Counted from the stretch's first letter, positions 30,611 through 53,210 are shown. The stretch: 64,000 nucleotides of DNA from the human T2T-CHM13v2.0 reference genome, Homo sapiens (GCF_009914755.1 NC_060928.1); one strand, 5' to 3'. The notes: a model not told the origin generated them from the letters alone. Made by a program: numbers and translations.

Positions 30611-31285
30611 GATTCACTTAAGGTTTTTTTCCTGCATCCAATAAGCTAAAATGTAAAACACACTATTTCCTAATATAACTTGCAATAAAAAATATCAAGT
30701 GACCAATATTAATTTTGTTCAGATAGCCTAACAGTTTTGCTTTGTAAATTCTAAGTTCTCAGTTATTCCCTCAGAGAAAGAGTAGGGGATACCAATGTTC
30801 AATTATTCATCACGTAAAATAGTCACACAAGGAACTGAGTTTTCCTTGCTCCCTGGAAAAGATTTTAGGGACTCTTGATGTTAGTAAGGGATTGGGGAGA
30901 AGAAGGGAGCCAGATGTGTGCATCTCCACAAAAGTGGAGAAGGTGAGTGCCTGCTTCTCCAGGGGACAATCCACAAACACAGTAGTCAACAATATGGCAC
31001 TGCTCCATGAAACCCAATAGGAAGCTACAGTGTGCTTGAAGAAAAGTAAACCATAGGGTCTGTAAAGTCTAAAATTGATGATACATTATTCCATTATTCC
31101 TAAAGAGTTAGACCATCTTACCAGAGTACTGTGTTCAGTTTAAACCACCATATTTTTACATTTGAGAGAATGAGGAGCATTGTGCATACTGTGGTCTTTT
31201 CGTTTTTCTTTTCTTTCTTTCTTTTTTTTTTTTTTTAATAAAAAGCTGCATAGAAACATTGTAGAGGTCTACCTGGGAAACTATT

Positions 31286-37857
<6,572 letters not shown>

Positions 37858-37881
37858 GACTATCTAAGAAACCATTAATAG

Positions 37882-38238
<357 letters not shown>

Positions 38239-38304
38239 TAAATATTCTATTAAGATAAAAATGAGACTTTTTGAAAAATTACTTACCAAAACACAAAATC
38301 TATG

Positions 38305-38560
38305 TGATAACAATAATAGAAAACTTTTTATAGTACTTACCACATACAAGACACTGTTCTAAGCACTTTATATACATTGACTATTGAATCCTCATAACAA
38401 CCTTAGGAAGAAGAAATGATCATTAACCCCATTTTACAAAGAGCAAAGTGAGGTACAAAGAGGCTAAATAGCCTGCCCAATGTCACACCTCTGGGAAGTA
38501 GAAACCCATGATTTGAAGCAAGGCAGTGTGCCTGGCCTTTTGGCTCTTGAACAGATATAC
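38305..38560 (-). mobile_element. MIR, near full length
   Basis: CACTGTTCTAAGCACTTTA..AATCCTCATAACAACC..CCCCATTTTACA..TGAGG..CTGCCCAATGTCACAC..GATTTGAA. Confidence 0.8.
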
Positions 38561-39734
38561 TATAAAGGAATTGAGATAATGCAAGAAGACTGAAAGATAA
38601 TGTGATTTTTTACCGTTAGGCATTTGAAGAATTTAAAAAGGAAGAGAGGTTGTTAGTTGTTTATGTCAAAGGGGAATCCCATTTGTGTGAGTCCGTGAGC
38701 TCTAATTAAAACAGAAAGAAATATAGTTTTATGTAAGGAAGACTTTGTCAGTTGAAGAAACCCTGAAATGACAAACTAGGACGGCAACTTGGAAAACATA
38801 GTCCTTTTTTATTAAAAATATCACTGCAGAGTAACTATGGTAATTAAACTTTCCATCTTTATGTTTGCCATGATGTCTTCTTTGTAATGCAATTTCTCTC
38901 TTCCTCTGATTCCATCTCCTTAGTTTTATTTACAAATTGTTCCTTTCCAATGGTCTAATATATTCAAATTTTTTGAATTATACCCCAAACACCACCCACT
39001 TTCTTTTATTACAGTAACAATTTCATTTGATTGGCTCCATTACTCTTGCTTTTTGTCCACGAATGAAATTAAGATAATTAAATAAAACATATACAAATGA
39101 TTCATTAAAGTTACCTATGTGAAGTACATGCAGAAAAACTAATAAAGGGACTTTTGAAGCTCACTTTTTAGGGCACAATTTTCCAGAACATAAAGAAAAG
39201 GCCATAATAGTCATGTTTTCCAAAGAAATGTTTCATAATGAAATTGCTTTAGTAAAATAGTTAATGGAATGGTAATTGTATACTTTATTGAATGTGCTGG
39301 TACTTATCATTAACGTGATTCCATAAAATGGATAACATCTCTTTATTGAGATTGGAGTAGAAAATGAGCTAACAATGCTTAAAAATAAAAAGATTGTACT
39401 GACAATATGGGCATTGTACTGACAATAGGGGCATCTTATTTTAAAACAAAAGAAATATTGAAACTTTAAAGTGTTGTTTTGGAAATGTGATAGTTCACTT
39501 TCTTGTCTAATTATGCCCACTACACACAATCAAGAAGGTTGAGTCCTACCGTTTCTGCACCAAAGAATATGCTATCAGAAAATCTCCCTAAATTTATTGA
39601 GAAAATAAGTTGAAAGAGGTTTTCCAGTAACCCTGATACCCCTGTCCCCACCCCATTAAATACTCAACGGTTCTATAAAGTCTTAGAACATGGTATTTTT
39701 CTCTTCCTGGAATATACATGGTGGATGATGTTTC

Positions 39735-39742
39735 TTTTCTTT

Positions 39743-39775
<33 letters not shown>

Positions 39776-40053
39776 AGGCAGAGTCTCACTCTGTTGCCCA
39801 GGCTCGAGTGCAGTGGCGCTCACTGCAAGCTCCGCCTCCCGAGTTCACGCAGTTCTCCTGCCTCAGCCTCCGGAGTAGCTGGGACTACAGGTGCCCGCCA
39901 CCATGCCCGGCTGATTTGTGTGTGTGTGTGTTTTTAGTAGAGACGGGGTTTCACCGTGTTAGCCAGGATGGTCTCGATCTCCTGACTTTGTGATCCGTCT
40001 GCCTTGGCCTCTCAAAGTGCTGGGATTACCAGGGTGAGCCACCATGCCCAGCC
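39735..40053 (-). mobile_element. AluY with (TG)n linker and a 9-bp deletion
   Basis: GCAAGCTCCGCC, TTCACGC and TTAGCCAGGATGGTCTCGATCTCC diagnostics. Perfect 15-bp TSD GGTGGATGATGTTTC (39720-39734 / 40056-40070). Confidence 0.96.
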
Positions 40054-40499
40054 AAGGTGGATGATGTTTCAACTCCCATAAAATAGGCTGTATTCTTTGT
40101 GCAATTACTTTACCAATAGCTATATTGTCAGCCTCTTTTCTGGCAATACAAGTATTTGGGAGAGACATTATTATATAGTTAACCTTGAATCTTTATCATG
40201 CATGCAAAAATAAATTATAAATAAAATATGTTACTTTAAAAATTATTTGTAGCAAACTTCACATGTAGTCAGTTTTAATGAACTAGTTGGTCATGACACT
40301 GCAGGAGAGAACTGAGGCTAGACCATCTCATACAATTCTGCCTATTTGCTCAGTAACCAACTAGAACCATACTACATTGCCTATAAAAGTTCTTTTCTCT
40401 CTTTCCTTTGATTGAATTGAAAGAAGAATCCTTGAGAAAAAGAATTCAGGTAATTGCTTTCTCTGTATTTCAAAGATAATATCATGTTTGAGTACCTGA

Positions 40500-40645
40500 T
40501 CTTTGAGGTGAGCCAGACCTGAGTTCCAGTCCTGACTCTGCTATTTGCTAGATTCGTAATCCTGAATGAGTTACATAATCCCTCTTCTTCACCTATAAAG
40601 TGAGCCCATTTAAATAGAGTTCACATCATTAACTGTTATTACTAG
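40500..40645 (+). mobile_element. MIR fragment
   Basis: AGCCAGACCTGAGTTCCAGTCCTGACTCTGCTATTTGCTAG..CTTCACCTATAAAGTG. Confidence 0.6.
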
Positions 40646-40929
40646 TAGATGTAGTTATTCATCATTGTCTGGCAAATTTTCACGAGAAATCTGATTACAT
40701 AAAAGCTCCCTCTTTTCTCCAAACAAATACATTAGCCTTTCTGAATAAATACTTGTACAATACAATTTCCCCCATAAAGTTATCACAAGAGTTAGGTTGA
40801 TTCTTTTCAAATAAGTGAGTTATCTGAACAAATAATGAGATTCAGGGAAACTAAAGTTAATTTGTTATCAATAAATCTACAAGCATTTATTGTCCTCTTC
40901 CTAGAAGAAGAATAAGTAAGGAAGTCAAT

Positions 40930-41600
40930 ACTGGAGTCTTTGATGCCTGAAATGAGTCTTGAAGATTAAATAAGTAGAATTGACATGCCAGAAGGGTGAT
41001 GATCGTGACCTAAGACAAAGAGGCATGCCAAGGGCTTCTAAACTTGAGTGTGCACCAGACTTGCCTGGAAGGCTTGTTAAAACACAGATTGCTGGGCCTC
41101 TTTCAGGGAGATTCTGATTAACAATGTTTCATATAAAGCCTGAGGATTTACCTTTCCAACAAACATTTCATAGTTGATTTGGGTGCTTCTGGCCTGGGAC
41201 CACACTTTGAGAACCATTGGAATAGGGGTGATGCACTGGGGGACTACAGGGACTGTGGCTTGTTACTGATGAAGCAGGCAATAAGGAAATGGCCAGAGAT
41301 GGGCCAGAAAAGGAAGAAAGGACACAGATCATGGAATAACCTGGATATCTACTGATAAAAGTCTTCTTCAAGAAGAGTACAAATTTAGTCCGAGGCCCAG
41401 TTTAGAAGGATCAGTGCCACACTAATGAATTAGGGAGTGGGAAATCTGAAGCCTGGTTGACCATCTGAGAGGCTGGTATAATAATTCAGAGCAGAGATGA
41501 TAGGGGCTTGAGCTAAGTAAGTGTGGGGATGAAGACAAATACACAGGACTTGCTGATGTATTTAGTGAAGGGATAGAAAAAGCCCAGTTTGAAGATGTTC
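40930..41600 (-). mobile_element. L2 fragment, split by MER5A
   Basis: GAAATGAGTCTTGAAGAT..GGACACAGATCATGGA..GAGAGGCTGG..AATTCAGAGCAGAGATGAT..ACAGGACTTGCTGATG. Confidence 0.5.
41030..41219 (+). mobile_element. MER5A (hAT-Charlie MITE)
   Basis: CTTCTAAACTTGAGTGTGCA..CCTGGAAGGCTTGTTAAAACACAGATTGCTGGGCC..GGGACCACACTTTGAGAACCATTG. Confidence 0.85.
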
Positions 41601-41877
41601 TTTAAGGACTCATGGTCTGTAATAAACTATATGAACTAGAATGGTTCTAATTTTGTGTTAAAAATAGTTTTGAATTATTTCATATGTTTACATACATGCT
41701 AAAATAGAAAAGGTTTGAAAGAATTTAATGGGTTTCACCCAGCTACTGACCATTTTGGTACTCTTTTTCCATTTGATAAAAAATCCCCCATGTGTGTAAG
41801 AATAATTAATGTTTGCTATTTTGCATTTAATCCCTGTTTTGTACAAGGAACTGCACTACACGCTCTGCATCTAATAT

Positions 41878-42260
41878 TGTATTAGTCTGTTCTCGCATTG
41901 CTATGAAGAACTACCTGAGACTGGATAATCTATAAAGAAAAAAGGTTTAATTGGTTCCTGGTTCTGTAGGCTGTACAGGTAGCATGGCTAGGGAGGCCTC
42001 AGGAAACTTTCAATCATGGTAGAAGGCAAAGGAGAAGCAGGCATATTTTCACATGGTGGAGCAGGAGAGAGAGGGAGAAGAGTGAGGTGCTACACACTAT
42101 AAACAATGAGATCTTGTGACAACTCACTCACTGTCAGAAGAACAGCAAGAGGGAAGTCCATACCCATGATCTTATCACCTCCCACCAGACCCCTCCTCCA
42201 ACACTGAGGATTACAATTCAACATTAGATTTGGACGTGGACACAAATCCAAACCATATCA
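41878..42260 (-). mobile_element. THE1D/MSTA-type MaLR solo LTR
   Basis: TGTATTAGTCTGTTCTCGCATTGCTAT..GGAGGCCTCAGGAAACTT..TCACCTCCCACCAG..CAAATCCAAACCATATCA, 383 bp. Confidence 0.9.
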
Positions 42261-42359
42261 GGTATTTTACTTAATTCTCACCACATTCTATAAAGTAGGT
42301 ACTATGTTGGCCCTACTTTACAGATGAGGAAACTATGGCTCACAGGTTATATCATTTAC

Positions 42360-42831
42360 TGTTTCAGTTATCTTCCACTTGCCACTTCATATCCACTCTC
42401 CATTTTTTTCCACCTGCTTTCTACCCAAGCAAGCTGAGCTGTGTGGAAGGCTTCCATCTGGGTTTAGTCAATGGAAGAACCTGGTAGAAGATCAGACATA
42501 GGAAAGAGAGTGAGGCCATGTTTTATTCCCTCAGCCCCCTCCCTGTTTGTTGTCTTACACTGTTTATGTCACTCAACAAAGTAGAATAGGACCTATCTAT
42601 ACAACGTTTTCCTTCCTGGTTCCAGGGACCATATTTTTCCTTTTCCCTTCAGGTTTAGTGATAGTAACAGCCCTTCTGTTCCTAGAACTGGAGTGCTGCA
42701 CTCTCCCTCATAGGCTCCTTACAAAATTGCTTACACTTGAAAATTAGTTGCTTTGTGAAACTCTCATCAGATTATTCTACTTTGAGCTTTGAGTGTACCA
42801 TCTCTTTTCCACTGGAATCCTAACTGATATA
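42360..42831 (+). mobile_element. LTR33-like (ERVL) solo LTR
   Basis: ATCCACTCTCCA..GGGTTTAGTCAATGG..AGATCAG..GAGAGTGAGG..TTTATTCCC..CCCTCCCTG..CCCTTCAGGTTTAG..TTTGAGTGTACCATCT..ACTGATATA. Confidence 0.65.
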
Positions 42832-44824
42832 ATTACTCAAAGATTACAGCTAAAAGTTAGGGGAGGCAGGATCTTGAAATCTCACAGTTTGACACAAGGC
42901 ACAAGCTCCTAGAGCCTGCTGTGTGTGGGGTGGGTGTAGGGAGGGAGGGTGGATTGGTGAGAAGTTGATTGGTGAGAAGTGTCTTCTCTACTTTATTTTG
43001 GAACTGAGTTTAGAGAAGGGCAAAGTGACTATCTAGCTAAATAAATTTTTACAAATCAAGGAAAGCTAAGAGTCAGGAAAAAAAAAAAACTAGTGAAAAA
43101 TCCATTCTTTGGCCTCTTTACCAGTTCACCCTAATTAGGAAAGAAAAAAAGACTTTACTTTGTTCTAAGTGACCATATATGACACTGAGAGTCTGTATAA
43201 AAACAGTCTACAGTCCTACCATTATAAAGATACTAGATGGCAACCCTTGATTTTCTCAGTCTTACACTTCACTCCACTGCCTCCCCCTTTCATCAGCAAG
43301 ACAACCAATTAAAAGAGTATGGGGAAAAAATGAGACCAAATGGAGCAAAGTTTCTGTGAGATTCTTGAGGCTGTTTAAACTAACAAACTTGTACATGATG
43401 TAGAGTAATATTTTTAATGTGTAAAAATAGAGTTCAGGTTGAGAAGCAGCATTCTAGAGTGTATCTATTAATTCTGTCATGTTCACCTCCTCTTCAGTTA
43501 AAATAACTCATTTTCTTGCAGTGTATCATATTTTTATTATAGAGTGTCATATATAGTGACATATACAGTTATATGTAACTAAAGTTAAAGTACATAAAAT
43601 CATCAGAAAACAGATGGATGTTCAACTTTCCAGAACTGATTAGAATTTTTAATCAGAGTTCAGAAAAGGGTACTATCATAGCCAAGATAATGGTTACATA
43701 TACTCTTAGGAGTTTTCCCAACAATATAACAAACCACAAATCCCTGAGCTTATCAGAGATAAGTTTAGATTATGTTCCTACCATTTAACATTTAAATATA
43801 TTAGTTCCCATCAAATTCTATGGAGTTGTTGCTATAAATTATCAGACATTAAAAATAAATCTGGCAATGTGGCCACCATCAATTCCTAATAATAAAGACT
43901 TGAGGATATGAGAACAAACATAAGTTAATAGATGTAGAAAACAGTTTTTGTAGGAAAATTGTAAAGTGACCACAAATATATGCAAAAGAAAAGGGAAATA
44001 TTCAAATTCAGAATTCAAAAGAATGACAATGTATTAGTCAAGACTCAATTTCCTACCGAATTACAATATTCAGTATATTTTGTTTATGGGCACAAAATAA
44101 CAAAATTTTCTATGAAATCACTGTGATAATTGCAATCAATATATACATGGCCAAAAGCTGTTAAATTTATTTTCCTAAAAAGTGTCTCATTAAGTTGGAA
44201 ATGAATGATGCAATAGCATAGTGTAAAATTTAGAACTCTTATCTTTAAGCCTAGGGTTATTTTCACTCTAGTAAATTTCTATTCTAACAAATTACACAGA
44301 AACTATTGATAAAATTTCCTAGTTCTCATATCCCTACCCAAATTTCTGCTTGCTGCCTTGGAGCTTTAATCAAGTGAATCTATTCCAGGTCATGTCCATC
44401 CATATGCAGTTGTCTTAAGTAAACTGCAGCCTTGAATGGAACTTTCATTGCCACCATTGATGTGATCAATTCTAGTCCCCACAGCCAAATTGATCATGCA
44501 GCAACTGACATCCATCTTTGAGAGAGCCCCATTTAACAATCCCAGCATGCCTCTATGAATTCACTTTCAGCCACAAACAAATCCAGCCTTCACATTGTGC
44601 AGAAGGTTTTCCCACACTAGTGAGAATAACGCACAGCTACCCCAAAATTCTAAGTTTAATGATTTGGGTGATCCACCATGTTTGTAATCATAAACTTGGC
44701 AAATGAGGGAGAAAAGAAAATAAAAAATAATAAAAATACTGAGCAAAACCAAACCTTGTCTCTAAATCAAGTAAGTGTTTTCTGTAGTATCTATAAGCTC
44801 TGTTTGTATGTTAAAAGTCAATAA

Positions 44825-45110
44825 TGTTTATAGTATACTTTTGCAGGCAAGACAGTGTTCAGTGTTCTAAATTTCTTCATTTATTATCTCATTCACGTCT
44901 CTCAATCACCTTAGTTTTTTTGTTAATTATCTCATTCAGTCTGCTCAACATCATACAAAATAGGCATTATTAACAACAATTTGTAATGAGGAATGAGTAA
45001 GGTTAATGAGGAAGATTAAATCATTAGCTCAAGGTTATATGACAAGCGGCTGAGGCAGGAATCAGACCCAGATTTTATAGGTTCCAGAATAACCTTGGGT
45101 TTTAATACTA
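44825..45110 (-). mobile_element. MIR
   Basis: GTGTTCTAA..ATTATCTCATT..AAATAGGCATTATT..ATGAGGAA..GCTCAAGGTTATA..GGCTGAGGCAGGAATCAGACCCAG. Confidence 0.6.
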
Positions 45111-46090
45111 TAAACTTCATATCTGAGCCAAGGACATGAGTACTTTCTTTGGTGGTGATATATACATCACATTTTGTGGCTCATTTCTCTAGTATTCTCA
45201 ACCCTAGCTTTTACCAAACCTCATGAAGAAGCTAAAATGTATTCCAAATTATAAATAATGGAAAAGAGCTTTCTGTCTCGTTGATCTGTCTGATGTTGAC
45301 AGTGGGGTGTTAAAGTCTCCCATTATTATTATATGGGAGTCTAAGTCTCTTTGTAGGTCACTAAGGACTTGCTTTATGAATCTGATGCTCCTGTATTGGG
45401 TGCATACATATTTAGGATAGTTAGCTCTTCTTGTTGAATTGATCCCTTTACCATTATGCAATGGCCTTCTTTGTCTCTTTTGATCTTTGTTGGTTTAAAG
45501 TCTGTTTTATCAGAGGCTAGGATTGCAACCCCTACCTTTTTTTTGTTTTCCATTTCCTTGGTAGATCTTCCTCCATCCTTTTATTTTGAGCCTATGTGTG
45601 TCTCTGCATGTGAGATGGGTTTCCTGAATACAGCACACTGATGGGTCTTGACTCTTTATCCAATTTGCCAGTCTGTGTCTTTTAATTGGAGCATTTAGTC
45701 CATTTACATTTAAAGTTAATATTGTTGTGTGTGAATTTGATCCTGTCATTATGATGTTAGCTGGTTATTTTGCTCATTAGTTTATGCAGTTTCTTCCTAG
45801 CCTCGATGGTCTTTACATTTTGGCATGATTTTGCAGTGGCTGGTACCAGTTGTTCCTTTCCATGTTTAGTGCTTCCTTCAGGAGCTCTTTTAGGGCAGGC
45901 CTGGTGGTGACAAAATCTCTCAGCATTTGATTGTCTGTAAAGTATTTTATTTCTCCTTCACTTGTGAAGCTTAGTTTGGCTGGATATGAAATTCTGGGTT
46001 GAAAATTCTTTTCTTTAAAAATGTTGAATATTGGCCCCCACTCTCTTCTGGCTTGTAGAGTTTCTGCCAAGAGATCCGCTGTTAGTCTGA

Positions 46091-48191
<2,101 letters not shown>

Positions 48192-48425
48192 TAGACTGGA
48201 TTAAGAAAATGTGGCACATATGCACCATGGAATACTATGCAGCCATAAAAAATGATGAGTTCATGTCCTTTGTAGGGACATGGATGAAGCTGGAAACCAT
48301 CATTCTCAGCAAACTATTGCAAGGACAAAAAACCAAACACCGCATGTTCTCACTCATAGGTGGGAATTGAACAGTGAGAACACATAGACACAGGAAGGGG
48401 AACATCACACACTGGGGACTGTTGT

Positions 48426-48448
48426 GGGGTGGGGGGAGGGGGGAGGGA
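48426..48448 (+). other. L1 3'UTR poly-G tract (G-quadruplex-forming motif)
   Basis: Four consecutive G-runs in GGGGTGGGGGGAGGGGGGAGGG. Confidence 0.7.
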
Positions 48449-49257
48449 TAGCTTTAGGAGAAATACCTAATGCTAAATGATGAGTTAATGGGTGCAGCAC
48501 ACTAGCAGGGCACATGTATACATATGTAACTAACCTGCACATTGTGCACATGTACCCTAAAACTTAAAGTATAATAATAATAAATAAATAAATAAATAAA
48601 TAAATAATGGAAAAGAGCTTAACATTAACAAGAATTAAAATTTTAAGGCAAAATTAAATATTGCATGAAATATAGATAGATTTAGTGGATGCAAGGAGGA
48701 TTACCTTGAACTCTTAAAATAACCCATCGGATAGCCACCTTTTCTGTAACACACAAGCAGTAAATATGACTAGGGGAGAAGTAAGAAGTCACCGGGAAGA
48801 AGAGAAAAACAACAGTCTCATGGAAAGTGCAGAGACCAAGTGATGCATGTTTGACTCCAGGACTTCACTGTGAAGGCTTCCTAAATATCAAACCACTAAA
48901 TCATTTCTAAAATACTGGGATTTTTAGAGAATGCTGGTTAAACACAGAGGAGTGAATACATGAGTCAATCTCTGCCCACTCTTTAAACACCAAAATGATA
49001 GAGGAGAAATAAAAACAAAGTAAACCCTCAATGACAAAACAAACAAAAAGAACTAGAGGGAAACAACAGCAGGGAGGGAATATCAATAAATACTTTGTAG
49101 GTTAGAAGTCTATAAATGAAAGGACACTGAGTTTGCTGAGAAGGAAAAGCTAAATTCTTATGTATCTATACAAATAGATAGTGGTAAAGCAAATGATAAC
49201 ATTCCTTAGAACTGAAGATAAGCTTGAGAATGGAAACAAAATGTTCTATTAAACATC

Positions 49258-49550
49258 AGTGTTCACACTTGTAATCCCAGCACTTTGGGAGGCCAAGGCC
49301 AGTGGATTATTTGAGCCCAGGAATTCAAAACATGACGAAAGTTCACTTCTACAAAAAAAATAAAAAAAAAAAAATCAGCCAGGTGTAGTGATACACACCT
49401 GTAGTCCCAGCTACTCAGGAGGCAGAGCTGGGAGGATCACTTGAGCCCAGAAGAGGGAGGCTGTAGTGAGCCGAGTTCACCCCACTTCGCTCCAGCCTGG
49501 GCAAAAGTGCAAGACTCTATCTCAAAAACAAAAGAAACAAACAAAAAAAC
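49258..49550 (+). mobile_element. AluJ
   Basis: TTGAGCCCAGGA in both arms, GGGAGGATCACTTGAGCCCAG, GAGGCTGTAGTGAGC. High divergence. Confidence 0.9.
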
Positions 49551-50019
49551 AAGCAAATCAAGGTAGAGCTTGGAGCTGAAAACAGAGTAGATAGAAAGAC
49601 TTCATAGGAAAGACTTAAACCCGTATTTTTTCCTACAATGTTTGCAACCCAGCAACTATCCTTCCCCCACCCCGCCAAGCATTCAAAGGCTAGAAGAGTT
49701 TTATATGCTGAAAAAATAAACCAGAGAATTTGGACTCATGGCCCTATGTTATGGGGCAATGGTGAAGCACCAAAGAGAAAGCAAGGAATTAAATGTAAGC
49801 CTACATAGTCTCATACTGGAACATCCAGTATCCATTAACATCCCTCTGTTCACAGACCACTGGCATCCCAGGGGCACCCCAGGGTATGCCTACTCTTTGG
49901 GGATTTGTCTTTAAAGAAACTGAAACGCTTCACAGTTAATAGCATATAACTCAAAGGTCAAGTCTCAAATGCAAACCATGAGATGAAAACCTCTGCCTTG
50001 CTTTTTTCTCTTTTAGAAA

Positions 50020-50335
50020 AATAATTTGTTATTGAGGTATAATTTCCATTTAATAAGTGATACATTTAAAGTGTAGAATTACATGAATTTTCACAAATAC
50101 ACTGTATACACCTGGGGGAATTACCAACACAATCAAGATACAGAACTTTTCCATCACCCCCAAAGTTTCCTTTTACGCTTCTGCAATCAATCTTTCTCTT
50201 TGCCCAGGACCTTCAAGCAACCACTGATCTGCTTTTTGTCACTATAAATGAGTTTGCATTTTCTAGAATTTTATATACAGGGAATCATGCACTATGTGCT
50301 TTCTGTGATTGTTTCTCCTTAGACACAATAACGTA
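50020..50335 (-). mobile_element. L1MC/L1ME 3' fragment
   Basis: TTATTGAGGTATAATTT..CACAATCAAGATACAGAAC..TCCATCACCCC..GCAACCACTGATCTGCTTT..TTTTCTAGAATTTTATAT. Confidence 0.75.
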
Positions 50336-50403
50336 AAGAATGATGCTGATAAATTTTGCTAATTCTAAAATGCCTAAAATAAGTCCTACTTAGTCAGGTC
50401 ATC

Positions 50404-52437
50404 TTTTTTTAATAGATTTAGCACAGTTTTGTTACATGGATATATTTCATAGTGGTAAAGTCTGGCCTTTTAGTGTAACCATCACTCCCCTCTCAATTTT
50501 CTGAGTAACCAATATCTATTATTCCACTCTGTGTACATGTGTACACATTATTTAGCTCCCACTTATAGGTGAGAATGTGCAATATTTGACTTTCTGTGTC
50601 TGAGTTATTTCCCTAAAGATTATAGCCTCCAGTTCCAGCCATATTGCTGAAAGACATATTTCATTGTTTTTTATGGCTGAAAAGTATTCCATGATATATA
50701 TATATACATACCACATTTTATTCATCCAGTCATTCATTGATGTACACTTAGGTTGATTCAATATATTTGCCATTGTGAATAGTGCTGCAATAAACATATG
50801 AGCGCAGATATCTTTTGACATAATAATTTATTTTCCTTTGGGTGTGGGATTGCTGGATCAAATAGTAGTTCTATTTTTATTTCTTTGAGAAATCTCCATG
50901 CTGTTTTCCATAGAGGTTGTACTAGTTTATATGCCCACCAACAGTATATAAGTGCTCTCATTTCTCCACATTCTTGCCAACATCTATGATTTTTGACTTT
51001 TTAATAATAGGTGTTCTGACTGGTGTAAGATGGTATCTCATTGTGGAATTAATTTGCATTTCTCTGAGGATTAGTGATGTTGAGCATTTTTTCATATGCT
51101 TGTTGGCCATTTATATGCCTTCTTTTGAGAAATGTCTGCTCATGTCCTTTGCTCACTGCCTACGGGGGTCATTTGTTTTTTGTTGTTGTTGTTGACTTGT
51201 TTGAATTTCTTCTAGTTCTAGATATTAGTTCTTTGCCAGATGTATAGTTTGCAAAACATTCTCTCTAATTTACATGTTGTCTGTTCACTCTGTTGATTGT
51301 TTCTTTTGCTGTGCAGAAGCTTTTTAGTTTAAGTCACATTTGTCTACTTTGTTTTTGTTGCATTTGCTTTTGAGGTCTTAGTTATGAATTCTTTACTTAG
51401 GCCAATGTCCAGAAGTGTATTTCCAAGATTTTCTTCTACAATTTTTATAGTTTCAGGTCTTACATTTAACCTTGAATTTATCTTGAATTATTTTTGTATA
51501 TACTGAGAGATATGAGAGCAGTTTCATTTCTCTGCATATGACTATCTAATTTCCTAGCACCATTTATTAAATAGGGTATCCTTTCCCCAGTTTGTTTTTG
51601 TCCACTTTATCAAAGACTGGTTGGTTGTAGCTCTGTAGCATTACTTCTGGGTTCTCTATTCTGTTCTATAATTTTATAGCAGTACCATGTTGTTTTGGTT
51701 ACTGTTGCCTAGTAATATATTTTGAAGTCAAGTAATGTGATGCCTCCAGCTTTGTTCTTTTTGCTTAGGATTGTTTTGGCCATTTGGGCTCTTTTTTTGG
51801 TTCCATATACATTTTAGGATTGTTTTTTCTAATTCTGTGAGAAATGGCATCGGTATTTTGAAAGGAATTGCAATTAATTAATTACAATTTAGTTTCTGTC
51901 TTAATTTCATCATTGACCCAAAGATCGGTCAGGAGCAGGTTGTTTAATTTCATATATTGGTATAGTTTTGAGAGTTCCTCGTGGAATTAATTTCTACTTT
52001 ATTTCACTGTGGTCTGAAAAGATATTCAATATGATTTCAATTTGTTGAAATTTATTGAAACTTGTTTTGTGGCTTAATATATGATCTAATTTAGAGAATG
52101 TTCCATGCACAGAGAAGAAGAATATATATATTCTTCAACTGCTGGACAGAATATTCTGTGAATGTCTGTTGGGTCCATTTGGTTGAGGGTCCAGTTTATG
52201 TTCAGTGTTTCTTTGCTGATTTTCTGTCTTGATGATCTGCTTAATGCTTTCTGTGGAGTGTTGAAGTCCCCCACTCTTACTGTATTGCTGTATATCTCTT
52301 TTCACAGGTCTAGTAGTGTTTATTTTATGAATCTAGTTGCTCTGGTGGATAACAGTAAAAAAGAACAAAGAAGATTAATATATAATGGTAAAGTGATCAA
52401 TTCAACAAGAAGATACGACAATTCTAAATATACCTGT
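50404..52437 (-). mobile_element. L1PB4-like element with a large internal deletion and a short 5' inversion (52346-52437 plus)
   Basis: 3'UTR CAGTTTTGTTACATGGATATATT..TAGTGGTAAAGTCTGG. ORF2 C-terminal pieces, a jump at ~51875 to the EN region (MGDFNTP), then a flip to plus-strand AACAGTAAAAAAG..CAATTCAACAAGAAGAT..ATTCTAAATATA. Confidence 0.85.
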
Positions 52438-52894
52438 CCTGCTTTTTAAATGCCTTACTATTAAAATGAACAAACAGCAAACAGTGAGTGTTAGCAATTT
52501 GAAAAAAAATCTTTCTCCTTAAGAGACAGAGGGGGTAAATAGAATTTAAAAGAAACAGAGACAGCAAACAAGACAAAATTATTTCAAGAATAAAGGCATT
52601 TTTAAAAAGTGCCTTCATAGAAAGAGAGATGAGACTTTATACATAAAACACAAATGGTATGTTGTTTTTAAAAGAACAACAAAAAAGAGTTCTTGGAAAT
52701 TAAAAATATTATAGCTCTTAAGGAAAAAATATCAGTGAAAGAGTAGGAATAAAAACCAAGCAAGCCTCATAGAAAGTAGAAAAAAAGAAAAGAGATGAAT
52801 AATGAAAGATAAAAAACTAAAAAATTTAAATATCAACTAAAGATTCAGTCATCGAAATGACAGTTTCATAGAGAATAAGAAAAAAAAAAATGAA

Positions 52895-53210
<316 letters not shown>

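Larger units (their letters stand above)
41800..42915 (-). mobile_element. MIR broken into three pieces (41800-41877, 42261-42359, 42832-42915) by two LTR insertions
   Basis: The pieces join into a colinear MIR: ..CACTACACGCTCTGCA | TTTACTTAATTCTCAC..TTTACAGATGAGGAAACT..GGTTA | TTACTCAAAGATTACAGCTA..GGCAGGAT. Confidence 0.65.

Noticed and set aside
31195-31270. Second poly-T tract next to the L1PB1 tail as a 3' transduction
   Set aside because: The best TSD candidate (31269-31285 / 37860-37876) lies between the tract and the L1, and no match to the 5' flank was found outside the tract. Treated as a simple T-rich repeat.
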